Of a stretch of DNA of 50,033 nt, positions 1 through 8,663 are shown piece after piece (the first letter of the stretch is position 1; every line of letters begins with the position of its first letter). The DNA is taken from NCBI GenBank assembly GCA_964623835.1, contig CAZUVN010000001.1, forward strand, positions 1 through 50,033. The letters run 5' to 3'. The DNA comes from an uncultured Candidatus Peribacteria bacterium (GTDB lineage Bacteria; Patescibacteriota; Gracilibacteria; Peribacterales; Peribacteraceae). The notes beneath the pieces were generated by a model. The model saw only the letters and a program-made list of their open reading frames with translations, had not been told where the DNA came from and did no database searches. A program made the position numbers and the translations under genes.

Positions 1-29
1 TTAAGCACCTTGTCCCTTACCTTTAACCC

Positions 30-374
30 ATGCGAGTAAAGCGCGGAATCGTCCGACACCGCCGGCACAAGAAGATGAAGAAGCTCGCAAAGGGCTATCA
101 GGGTCAGGGTCACTCAACCTTCATTCATGCCAAGGAGCGCGTTATTAAGGCTGGTCAGCATGCATACATGGATCGCAAGAAGAAGAAGCGCAACTTCCGC
201 TCACTCTGGATCATCCGCCTCAACGCGGCTGTCCGTGCAAACGGAGGCAAGTACAGCGTCTTCATCAACGGTTTGAAGAAGCAGGGAATCGACCTCGATC
301 GCAAAGTGCTGTCCGAACTCGCTATCCACGAGCCGGAGGCATTCAAGAAGATCGTGGAGATGGCATCAAAGTAA
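30..374 (+). CDS. rplT: 50S ribosomal protein L20
   Basis: 114-aa ORF, strongly basic, N-terminus [15 protein letters not shown] and L20-like sequence throughout. Confidence 0.95.
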   Translation: MRVKRGIVRHRRHKKMKKLAKGYQGQGHSTFIHAKERVIKAGQHAYMDRKKKKRNFRSLWIIRLNAAVRANGGKYSVFINGLKKQGIDLDRKVLSELAIHEPEAFKKIVEMASK

Positions 375-401
375 GCTTCTAAGCTACAAAGCTTCCAAGC
401 T
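373..401. repeat. AGCT-type periodic arm (aagcttctaagctacaaagcttccaagct)
   Basis: Tandem AGCT-containing units overlapping the rplT stop codon, followed by a T7 run. Complementary to 924-954. Confidence 0.8.
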
Positions 402-431
402 CCCTAGTTTTTTTAATGGTATCCTCTTTTT

Positions 432-923
432 ATGGAGATCGTTATTCGCGAATATCGGCCAGACGATCGAGTAGGGTTGATCGATTGTATGAATGGATTG
501 CAGGGGTTTATTGCTGCCATCGATCCCTTAGAGCGCAATCGCGGTACGGGGGAGTTTGATGCAGCAGCGTACACGGACGTTATTTTGGATAGTGTTAAAA
601 AACGAGATGGTATTATCTATATTGCAGAACGGAACAACGCCGTTGTCGGTTGTATCGCCGGCTGGTTAGTTCCAGAAGAGGATCAGGACTTAATTGCATC
701 GAATCCATCCAGAACGGGACGCATTGCGGAATTGTATGTCGCTGAATCGGTACGAGGTCAGAAGCTGGGATCAAAACTGACAGCACTCATGGAGTTGTGG
801 CTGAAAGAAAAAGGATGTGATTCGGTACGTGTGGAGGTGTTTTCTCCAAACGAAGGAGCAGCCGATTTCTATCGCAAATGTGGATATACCGATCGATGTA
901 TCGACATGCTCAAGATGCTCTGA
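432..923 (+). CDS. GNAT-family N-acetyltransferase
   Basis: 163-aa ORF with acetyl-CoA-binding-type motif VRGQKLGSKL and GNAT-like layout. Family-level call only. Confidence 0.8.
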   Translation: MEIVIREYRPDDRVGLIDCMNGLQGFIAAIDPLERNRGTGEFDAAAYTDVILDSVKKRDGIIYIAERNNAVVGCIAGWLVPEEDQDLIASNPSRTGRIAELYVAESVRGQKLGSKLTALMELWLKEKGCDSVRVEVFSPNEGAADFYRKCGYTDRCIDMLKML

Positions 924-954
924 GAAGCTTAGAAGCTAACCAGCTAAGAAGCTT
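924..954. repeat. AGCT-type periodic arm (gaagcttagaagctaaccagctaagaagctt)
   Basis: Starts right after the GNAT stop codon. Its reverse complement matches about 23 of 29 positions of 373-401. Confidence 0.8.
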
Positions 955-1689
955 TTACCGATTCGTTACGTGCCCTGTGGGCCGGAAGTGCTTGTAAGCC
1001 AGAATAAGGCTGAACAAATAGACCGTGAGCGCTGCGGAGAAGAGAATGCTCGATGCGACTTCGGCTGAGAGTAGTGCGGCAGGGGGAAGGCCTTCTGCCA
1101 TCAGCGAGAAGAACGCTGCGAGGATTTGCGCTGGCATCAGTGTCAGCAGGCCCAGGCACATTACCGTGAGAGTGACTTGCCAGAATTGACCACGGACAAT
1201 GTTGGCACTTTCCTGCAACGCAGGTCGGTACGACGTGCCTTCACATGCAACAATGACAGGGGAGAAGATGGTGCGGATGAAATATACGATGCCGGGGATA
1301 ACTAGCAGGATGGCCCAGAGCAGCGTCAGGATGTTTCGTAGAATGCTGGTCAGGACATACGGAATAATCAGTGATGCCGCCTCTCTACGCACTACTTTGA
1401 ACGACGTACGTGAACGTCCGGATTTGGCCTGCAGCAGGCGCTTTCCAATCACCAGCAGACAGATGGTTCCCCAGACGAGAATCAGTGAGAGAATGATCTG
1501 AATCAGGATCAGCACGAGTGCTGTTTCCGGACGCACGGTCATCAAATCTTTATGGTCCATCTGATAATCGAGAACCAGACCGGTCACCACGCTGGGCAGA
1601 AATATCAGCCACATCGATGCGTGCCACACGACCTGCTGCTTACGCGCGAAGTCCCATGCCTCACCGATGAGGGCGAAGACATTCGGCAT
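955..1689 (-). CDS. multi-pass membrane protein, function unknown
   Basis: 244-aa ORF with several long hydrophobic segments. Its start overlaps the stop of the upstream NIF3-like gene (TAATG), implying an operon. Confidence 0.6.
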   Translation of the reverse strand: MPNVFALIGEAWDFARKQQVVWHASMWLIFLPSVVTGLVLDYQMDHKDLMTVRPETALVLILIQIILSLILVWGTICLLVIGKRLLQAKSGRSRTSFKVVRREAASLIIPYVLTSILRNILTLLWAILLVIPGIVYFIRTIFSPVIVACEGTSYRPALQESANIVRGQFWQVTLTVMCLGLLTLMPAQILAAFFSLMAEGLPPAALLSAEVASSILFSAALTVYLFSLILAYKHFRPTGHVTNR

Positions 1690-2651
1690 TATTTTCTCTT
1701 CACGCGAATAAAGCCGGAGACAGGCAACACATCAAGTTTCTTCTCTTCCTTCGAGAGAATATCCAGCAGCAAGTTGATACCCATCGCATCGGATGCCATG
1801 TGGCTGCACTGAATCATGTTCACGCCGTGCTTTTTGGCTTCATCAAGCGTTTTCTCTGTGACGTGCATGCTCAAGATCGTGCCAACGCCGGCGCGGCTCT
1901 GGCTTTCCAAGAAGTCCTCGGGTCCGTTGGTGCCGCCGGTGAATTCCGTTGCAACCACTTTACCCGGGCGTGAGCTTCCGCTGCCGTTCACAATGATTGG
2001 CGGATTACCTTTCTTGGCGTAGTAGCGGTATTCCTCCAGTTCCATCAGCGCGTTCACAATTTCATTAAGATCATCGTACTCACGCTTGCAGATCGTCTTC
2101 TCAATAAAGCGCCAGACGAGGTTATCGGTAACGGTGTGGCAGGTGAATGCGGGAATGCCAAGCAGCTCCGCAGCGCGTTCTGTTCGGAAGAGGTTATCTG
2201 CGTGAATGGAGCGCCAAATGCGGTCCATACGTGGGCGCAACTGTGACTCCGAGTGGTTGACGGGAACGCCATGCGTTGCGAGCAAATCAACCTGCAGTGG
2301 CATCACTTTCTCTAAGTCTGCGAGTGCGCGACCTTCTGGGTGGTGAATCATGATCGCATCGATCTTCTCGCCTTTTTCGCGAAGGCGGTCGGCCAGAAGA
2401 ATCTCCGGTGTCTCAATATCGATACCAATCATCAGACGCTTAATTTCTTCGTCACCGGTACCGTTCAAAATGCGGCTATCGGCGTAGGGGTTCCAGGTGC
2501 GTTCCTCATCGAACATCTCTTTTTCTTTGCCTTCGAGTTTCTTGTAACGGTCGGCTTGTTTCTTCAGCATCTTATCGAGCTGCTTTTTGCCGCGGACGTC
2601 GGCTTCCATGCCGATTTCAATAGTGCGTTTGTAGAGGGTTTTGAGCTTCAT
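1689..2651 (-). CDS. NIF3-family (GTP cyclohydrolase 1 type 2 homolog-like) dinuclear metal centre protein
   Basis: 320-aa ORF. Has IDAIMIHHPEG, a CHTVTDN region and C-terminal CSHMASDAMG, typical of the NIF3/YbgI family. Confidence 0.7.
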   Translation of the reverse strand: MKLKTLYKRTIEIGMEADVRGKKQLDKMLKKQADRYKKLEGKEKEMFDEERTWNPYADSRILNGTGDEEIKRLMIGIDIETPEILLADRLREKGEKIDAIMIHHPEGRALADLEKVMPLQVDLLATHGVPVNHSESQLRPRMDRIWRSIHADNLFRTERAAELLGIPAFTCHTVTDNLVWRFIEKTICKREYDDLNEIVNALMELEEYRYYAKKGNPPIIVNGSGSSRPGKVVATEFTGGTNGPEDFLESQSRAGVGTILSMHVTEKTLDEAKKHGVNMIQCSHMASDAMGINLLLDILSKEEKKLDVLPVSGFIRVKRK

Positions 2652-2748
2652 GTGGGGGGTCGGGAAAATGTCTTTGTAAGACTAAAGCGGAATCGTCAAA
2701 CAGTAAAGGAATGTCGTAATACTATTTTGGAGGCTCCGTAGCTCTTTA

Positions 2749-3149
2749 CCCTTTCTTGTCTCCCATACAAGAAAGGGTGGAAAGAAAATCACCGTGCGCC
2801 AAAGCTCCTCCACCCGGCTCTGTATCTCCTCATCGATTCCTCCAAGGCTTCGGAATCGATTCGTCGATAGACGATCAGAGCCTTCCTCAACACCCCCATG
2901 GCGCACGGAAGCCGCCAGGTACGCATCTTATCGAAATCACCTTATTTCCAAGAAGTACTGAGAGATATAGATGACAAGCAGCTTTGAATGATTCAGTGCT
3001 TGAAGCGGTGATTTCCGTCGTTCGTCAGGAGGGTTGAGGGGTTGTTAGGGGGTGAAGGGAACCCCTAAAGGGACTGCGCATCTAGCCTCTCACTACGTTC
3101 GAGAGCTAGCTGCTGGGAGCCGGACAAGGTTCCCTAGCCCCCTGACAAA
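2749..3149 (-). ncRNA. unclassified structured RNA-like repeat, copy A (paralog of 23241-23587)
   Basis: The reverse complement aligns with 23241-23587 and the 119-nt core 2790-2908 is about 95% identical. Nested complementary segments, and a terminal hairpin 2749-2777 whose sequence differs from copy B but still pairs. The repeat itself is certain. The RNA-gene interpretation is inference. Confidence 0.45.
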
Positions 3150-5207
3150 TCAAATCACCACCTTCGCATCAGCAACCATCACGCCGTCATTGCGGACGAG
3201 GACCGGGTTTAAGTCGAGTTCGGTAATAGATGGATTTTCCAGCATCATCCGCGAGACGTTCACGATCACCTGTGCCAGCGCGTCGATGTCAGCCTGCGGT
3301 TTACCGCGCATGCCGAGGAGGAGTTTCCACGATTCCAATTCACTGAGCATCGCGTATGCATCTGCACTGTTTACCGGAGCAATCCGGAAAGCAGAATCTT
3401 TGAAAAGTTCGGTGTAGATACCGCCGAGTCCGGCCATAATCAGCGGACCGAAGGACGGATCGCGTACAGCTCCGACAATAAATTCATTGCCGACGGGCAA
3501 AAATTGCTGAATCAGCACACCCTTCACATGTGATGAATGCGCGTGGCCGTTTTTCAGAATGTCATTGAACGCCGTAATAACATCGGCTGCACTCTGTAGA
3601 TTTGCCCGTACGCCACCGACATCTGTTTTATGAAGAATGTCCGGCGAGCTGATTTTCGCAATCACCGGATACCCGATCTGCTCCGCAATGTGCACTGCTT
3701 CTTCGGCGGTTGTTGCAAGATCTTGCTTGGGGAGAGGGAGGTTGTAGGCGTTGAAGAGTTGTGTGGTTGTTGATTCATCGAGGAGGCCGGATTTGTCGTT
3801 GAGAATGGAGATGGTGTCATGGTGAGCCCGACGAACCATGACATTTGTCGCATGTCGCCCTTCGTCGAGCTCAGGGTGACATGCTAGTGCCTTCATCGCC
3901 CGCACCGCCCTCTCCGGCGTTGCGAATGTGGGAATAGTCGCCACGCGCAGAATCTTTTTTGCTTCACGTACGCTGTCACCACCCATGAATGCTGTGACGA
4001 TGGGCATGAGAGGGGACTCTTTCTTTTTGCGAACGATCAACTCTGCAATCTCATTCACCGGTGTCATCACCTGTGGCGTCAGAATAATCACAAGGCCATC
4101 GATATTCGGATCGTTCTGGCATGCGTCTATTGCCGCTTCATAACGGTCTGCACCTGCATCGCCGATTACATCGATGGGGTTTTGGGTTGATGCGGCTGCA
4201 GGAAGTTTTGGTTTGAGCGTCTCTGTAATAGCGTCAGACAGCGATGGCAAATCAAGCTTTGCCGATTCGGCCGCATCTGTTGCAAGAATGCCTGGCCCAC
4301 CAGCATTGGTGATGATGCCGATTCGATTACTGAGCAGCGGCGGTTCCATGCTCAGCACGCTCAGGAGATCCAAAAATTCTTCGGTTGAACGTGCACGGTG
4401 AATACCAGTCTGCGCGCACAATGCATCAATAGCGGCATCACTTCCTGCAAGGGCACCGGTATGCGATGACGCGGCTTTGCGACCGTGTTCGGAGACGCCT
4501 GCTTTCAGGAGAACAATCGGCTTCTTCGATGCACGTGCAATCTCCATGAATCGGCGTCCGTCTTTGATGCTTTCCAGATAGAAGCCGATCACATGCGTGT
4601 GTGCATCATGCATAAGTAGTTCCAGTGCGTTCGATTCATCGAATGCTGCTTTGTTTCCAATAGAGAGAAATGCGGATAGTCCGAGTCCGAATGATGCAGC
4701 GCCATCCATCAGCGCCACACCAACGGCGCCCGATTGGCTCACGAAGGCGATGTTTCCTGCAGGCGGAAGCTCTTTGGCGAACGATGCGTTCATCTTCGCA
4801 TGTGGTCGAACGACGCCGAGGCAGTTGGGACCGAGGAGGTTGATGGAGTGTTTCTTCGTGATTGCGACTAACTCTTCCTCGAGTTTCTTTCCTTCGTCGG
4901 TATGCACTTCACCGAAACCGGCGCTGATGACCACCACATTCTTGATGTCTTTCTCGCCACACTCGGTTAGTGCCTGGGGAACGGCAGTTGCGGGAATGAC
5001 AATCACCGCGAGTTCGGGAATTTCGGGAATGTCTGCGATCGACGTGTAGACCGTTGCACCCAGAATGTCCCCACCTTTCGGATTCACCGGAAAGATCTTT
5101 CCCGTGTAACCTTGGGTCAGCAGGTTTTTCAGGATGTCATGACCGACCTTTCCCGGGGTTGCCGAGGCGCCTATCACCGCGATGCTCTGGGGGTCCAGAA
5201 TTGCCAT
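3150..5207 (-). CDS. acetate--CoA ligase (ADP-forming), fused alpha/beta (NDP-forming acyl-CoA synthetase)
   Basis: 685-aa ORF. N-terminal CoA-binding/succinyl-CoA-synthetase-like part (IAVIGAS..GKVGH, VSQSGA, SSHTGALAG) is fused to a C-terminal ATP-grasp part. Confidence 0.9.
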   Translation of the reverse strand: MAILDPQSIAVIGASATPGKVGHDILKNLLTQGYTGKIFPVNPKGGDILGATVYTSIADIPEIPELAVIVIPATAVPQALTECGEKDIKNVVVISAGFGEVHTDEGKKLEEELVAITKKHSINLLGPNCLGVVRPHAKMNASFAKELPPAGNIAFVSQSGAVGVALMDGAASFGLGLSAFLSIGNKAAFDESNALELLMHDAHTHVIGFYLESIKDGRRFMEIARASKKPIVLLKAGVSEHGRKAASSHTGALAGSDAAIDALCAQTGIHRARSTEEFLDLLSVLSMEPPLLSNRIGIITNAGGPGILATDAAESAKLDLPSLSDAITETLKPKLPAAASTQNPIDVIGDAGADRYEAAIDACQNDPNIDGLVIILTPQVMTPVNEIAELIVRKKKESPLMPIVTAFMGGDSVREAKKILRVATIPTFATPERAVRAMKALACHPELDEGRHATNVMVRRAHHDTISILNDKSGLLDESTTTQLFNAYNLPLPKQDLATTAEEAVHIAEQIGYPVIAKISSPDILHKTDVGGVRANLQSAADVITAFNDILKNGHAHSSHVKGVLIQQFLPVGNEFIVGAVRDPSFGPLIMAGLGGIYTELFKDSAFRIAPVNSADAYAMLSELESWKLLLGMRGKPQADIDALAQVIVNVSRMMLENPSITELDLNPVLVRNDGVMVADAKVVI

Positions 5208-5246
5208 AATCCTCTTATTATACCAGAGAATTGGCTTTTTAACGAA

Positions 5247-5465
5247 TTATTTTAGGGGCGAATCCGGGGGTATAACGTACTGTCCGGGCACATCCACATC
5301 GGGCATAAACAACGGGTGGCCATTTGCCTTCGGCCCCAGGTGCTGATAATGCTCAAAAAAGGTCGATTGGACCTGTTGTATGCCCCTTTGTGTCATGCAA
5401 ACCACGCCATGAGGGCTCTCCTTTTCTGCCAAGCTATGTTCGAAATCGACGGGATATTTGCGCAT
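5247..5465 (-). CDS. small hypothetical protein
   Basis: 72-aa ORF that fills the gap between the divergent acetyl-CoA synthetase and flavodoxin genes. No recognisable motif. Coding status uncertain. Confidence 0.3.
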   Translation of the reverse strand: MRKYPVDFEHSLAEKESPHGVVCMTQRGIQQVQSTFFEHYQHLGPKANGHPLFMPDVDVPGQYVIPPDSPLK

Positions 5466-5533
5466 GGGGCATAGTTTTCCCGTTTTCTTATCTTTTGCGC
5501 AAGAGGGAAGGATGACGGGATTCGTTCTGACGC

Positions 5534-5539
5534 TACAAT
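5534..5539 (+). promoter_or_regulatory. -10 box TACAAT, 6 nt upstream of the flavodoxin GTG (leaderless-type)
   Basis: TACAAT, then 6 nt (atcccc), then GTG at 5546. No Shine-Dalgarno sequence between them. Confidence 0.4.
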
Positions 5540-5545
5540 ATCCCC

Positions 5546-6004
5546 GTGTCTTCTCTGCAGATCATCTACGCCTCAACCTCCGGTCACACGGAATACGTTG
5601 TCGATCAGGCGATTGCTGCCCTCAAAGGCGTAGCGGTCGAAAAGCTGCGCGCCGAACAGACACAAGCTGCAGATCTGTTGAAAGGCGATGTTCTCCTGCT
5701 CGCATCTGGCAGTTGGAACACCGGTGGTGTCGAAGGTCAGTTGAACCCGCACATGCACGAGCTCCTCAAGAAGCGCGCGGCCGATCTTGATCTGAGTGGG
5801 AAGAAGGTCTTGTTGATCGGACTTGGGGATGATCGTTATCGGTACACAGTCGGTTGCATGCAGCATCTTGTTGAATTTGTTGCATCACATAATGGTGTTG
5901 TGATTGAACCGACGCTTAAAATTGTGAATGAGCCGTACGGACAAGAGAAGAAAATAGAAGAGTGGACAGCTGCCATTTCCAAAAATCTAAAAGCTAAAAG
6001 CTAA
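5546..6004 (+). CDS. flavodoxin (short-chain)
   Basis: 152-aa ORF. N-terminal IIYASTSGHTE FMN-phosphate-binding loop and flavodoxin-like length. Confidence 0.85.
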   Translation: MSSLQIIYASTSGHTEYVVDQAIAALKGVAVEKLRAEQTQAADLLKGDVLLLASGSWNTGGVEGQLNPHMHELLKKRAADLDLSGKKVLLIGLGDDRYRYTVGCMQHLVEFVASHNGVVIEPTLKIVNEPYGQEKKIEEWTAAISKNLKAKS

Positions 6005-6010
6005 AAGCTA
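5987..6010. repeat. CTAAAAG x3 tandem repeat
   Basis: ctaaaagctaaaagctaaaagcta encodes the last residues and stop of flavodoxin and fills the gap to the next gene. Confidence 0.85.
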
Positions 6011-6016
6011 TCAACT

Positions 6017-7780
6017 ATGTCTCGTGTTTCTCTCAAAGTCACCGGCGCTCAAGGACAGGGTGTGAACTCTGTCGGAGAGCTGTGCGCGAAGGGACTTAAG
6101 CGCGCTGGTTACTGTGTGTTCGGCTACCGTGAATACAACTCGCTGATCAAAGGTGGACACAGCAGCTATCAGCTCGATGCATCAACGGACAGAGTTCGCA
6201 GCAGCGAAGAACTGGTCGATATTCTCGTTTGCTTCAATCATCACGGATTGGAATTGAACACCAACGATGTGAAAGACGGGGGCATCATTCTGCACCAGTC
6301 GGAGGACTGGGAATTTTCCGATGCCGAGAAAAAGAATTTGAAAAAGCGCGATATCTCTGTCGTCTATCTTCCGACTGATGATTTCTTAAAGCAGCTCAAA
6401 GCGCCGGCAATCATCGGAAACATTCTCATCACCTCCGTTGTCTGGACGCTCATCGATCGTGATCCGGACATGCTGCGCGATATGGTGAAAGAGCAGTTCG
6501 GACACAAAGGCGAGAAGGTTGTTGCGCAGAACTTTGCAGCGTTGGATGTGGCCGAGCAGTGGTCCAACGAGCAGAATATCCGTGCGCTCTGGAAAGGCGC
6601 GTTGCCCAAGCCCGATGCGAAGTGGAAGGATGATCTGCTGCTCACCGGTAGCCAGGCGATGGGGCTTGGCGTGGTGCATGCCGGTGTCCGTTTCTATGCC
6701 GGCTATCCGATGACGCCGTCATCGCCACTGCTGACCTACATCGCCGAGATCCAGAACGAGACCGGCATGGCTATCAAACAAGCGGAGGATGAAATCACCG
6801 CTATTCAAATGGTGAGCGGTGCCATGCATATGGGGACACGCGCACTGACTGGTACATCCGGCGGAGGGTTTGATCTGATGACCGAGACGCTTTCCCTCAA
6901 TGGCATTATCGAAAATCCGTGCGTCGTTGTGCTGGCACAGCGACCGGGCCCTGCAACGGGTCTTCCAACGTGGACTGCGCAGGGCGATTTGATGCTCGCG
7001 ATTCACAGCGGTCACGGCGAGTTTGCTCGGTGTGTGCTCAGCGTCAGCGATAGTGATGATGCATTCAGTTTGATGAATGAGGCGTTCAACATTGCCGAGG
7101 AATATCAGACGCCGGTGATTGTGATGACCGACAAGCACATTGCCGAAGGCATCTATACGCAGAAGCCGTACGACGATGCAGCTTTTAGGGGTCAGCTTTC
7201 AGCCATCAATAGAGGGAAGCTTGTCACAAAATCTGCTGAGCTGAAAAAACTGAAGAGCAGCGATCGCTATGACCCGTCTGCAAAAGATGGTATTTCTCCA
7301 CGATGGTTACCGGGTTCAGAAGCAGCGACCTATGTTGCACAGGGCGATGAACATCGTGCCGATGGCTCGGTAGATGAATCGGCTTCTAATGCAAAGGCGC
7401 AGATGGAGAAGCGACTGAAGAAGCTCGAGGTGATGAAGAGCAATCTGCCGGATGCAGAACTGATTGGTCATCAATCTCCGGAGGTCTTGCTGGTCGGCTG
7501 GGGGTCAACGAAGGGAATCATTGAAGATGTCTTGAAGGATCCTGCACTCAAGCATGCAAAGATTGGATATCTGCACTACACCTATCTCTGGCCACTCAAA
7601 ACTGAGCGCTTCGAGAAGCTTTCTGCCAAAGCAGAAAAGGTGCTATTCATCGAAGGAAATGCCACAGGTCAGTTGCAGATGTTGATGAATCAGCCACAGG
7701 CTGTGCATATTCGTAAGTACGATGGTCGACCGTTCTTCTACAACGAATTGCTGAAAGAGATTTCTTCCCACTGTTCCTGA
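6017..7780 (+). CDS. 2-oxoacid:ferredoxin/flavodoxin oxidoreductase, alpha (fused gamma-alpha) subunit
   Basis: 587-aa ORF. N-terminal gamma-like domain (GAQGQGVNS), then a GYPMTPSS alpha-domain motif. Directly followed by the TPP-binding beta subunit. Confidence 0.9.
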   Translation: MSRVSLKVTGAQGQGVNSVGELCAKGLKRAGYCVFGYREYNSLIKGGHSSYQLDASTDRVRSSEELVDILVCFNHHGLELNTNDVKDGGIILHQSEDWEFSDAEKKNLKKRDISVVYLPTDDFLKQLKAPAIIGNILITSVVWTLIDRDPDMLRDMVKEQFGHKGEKVVAQNFAALDVAEQWSNEQNIRALWKGALPKPDAKWKDDLLLTGSQAMGLGVVHAGVRFYAGYPMTPSSPLLTYIAEIQNETGMAIKQAEDEITAIQMVSGAMHMGTRALTGTSGGGFDLMTETLSLNGIIENPCVVVLAQRPGPATGLPTWTAQGDLMLAIHSGHGEFARCVLSVSDSDDAFSLMNEAFNIAEEYQTPVIVMTDKHIAEGIYTQKPYDDAAFRGQLSAINRGKLVTKSAELKKLKSSDRYDPSAKDGISPRWLPGSEAATYVAQGDEHRADGSVDESASNAKAQMEKRLKKLEVMKSNLPDAELIGHQSPEVLLVGWGSTKGIIEDVLKDPALKHAKIGYLHYTYLWPLKTERFEKLSAKAEKVLFIEGNATGQLQMLMNQPQAVHIRKYDGRPFFYNELLKEISSHCS

Positions 7781-7781
7781 C

Positions 7782-8663
7782 ATGGCCATCAAACTCGACA
7801 TGACCGGCCCGTCGATGAGCGACTACCACAATGAAAATCGTTGCACATGGTGCGATGGTTGCGGTGACTACGGTATCTGGACAGCGGTGAAGCGTGCGCT
7901 CGTCGAAATGAAAATCGAGCCTTGGCAGGTCTTGCTCTGCTACGACGTCGGTTGTCATGGCAACACCAGCGATAAAATTAACGGCTATCGCTTCCATGGC
8001 CTCCATGGTCGTGTGCTGCCGTTTGCTGCCGGTGCAGCTCTCGCAAACCGCAATGTTCCCGTCATGGCCTTTGGTGGCGACGGTGCGAGCTTCAGCGAAG
8101 GTGTCGGTCATCTCGTCCATTCCATCCGCTCCAATTATCCGGTGACGTTTGTTCTCCACAACAACGCAAACTACGGTCTAACGACGGGGCAGGCGAGTAG
8201 TCTGACGTGGCAGGATCAAAAGATGAACACTGCGCCCAATGGCATTCCGGAACACACATTGCCGAGCATGGACTTCGTCTTCAGCTTACAGCCGACGTTT
8301 GTTGCCCGAGGATTTTCCGGCAACATTCCGCAGATGGTCGAGATCTTCAAAGCGGCTATCCAACATCGCGGGTTTGCCTTCGTCGATATTCTTCAGGCAT
8401 GTCCGACCTACAACCACTTTGCAACGCACAACTATCTGCTGGAGAAGTGTTATCAAGTTGAGAACCACGACACATCAGATTTTGAGAAAGCGCGGAAGCT
8501 CGCCGTCGATACATCGGAACGAATCGCGACGGGCATCTTGTATCAGAACGAACATATTCCGGGTTTCGATGAGCGCTTGGTTCCTCGGCAGGGGAAAACG
8601 ACACAGTTGATAGATGAGGTTGTTCCACAGAACGTCAGCGGGCTGATGAAGGCGTTTATCTAG
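7782..8663 (+). CDS. 2-oxoacid:ferredoxin/flavodoxin oxidoreductase, beta (TPP-binding) subunit
   Basis: 293-aa ORF with CxGCGD-type N-terminus (WCDGCGDYG) and GGDGA..NN.NYGLTTGQ TPP-binding motifs. Confidence 0.9.
   Translation: MAIKLDMTGPSMSDYHNENRCTWCDGCGDYGIWTAVKRALVEMKIEPWQVLLCYDVGCHGNTSDKINGYRFHGLHGRVLPFAAGAALANRNVPVMAFGGDGASFSEGVGHLVHSIRSNYPVTFVLHNNANYGLTTGQASSLTWQDQKMNTAPNGIPEHTLPSMDFVFSLQPTFVARGFSGNIPQMVEIFKAAIQHRGFAFVDILQACPTYNHFATHNYLLEKCYQVENHDTSDFEKARKLAVDTSERIATGILYQNEHIPGFDERLVPRQGKTTQLIDEVVPQNVSGLMKAFI

Noticed and set aside
2756-2974. 72-aa ORF (plus strand) and its counterpart 23365-23724 (minus strand, 119 aa), which share a 41-aa peptide (PCAKAPPPGSVSPHRFLQGFGIDSSI.DQSLP.HPHGAR)
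   Set aside because: The shared peptide only reflects the duplicated 119-nt core. Nucleotide similarity continues on both sides of the core, but indels of 1 nt on one side and 2 nt on the other put the flanks in different frames in the two copies, and the N- and C-termini are unrelated. The proline-rich sequence matches no fold I know. Three of the six core differences are synonymous in this frame, so I kept it as a caveat in the finding.
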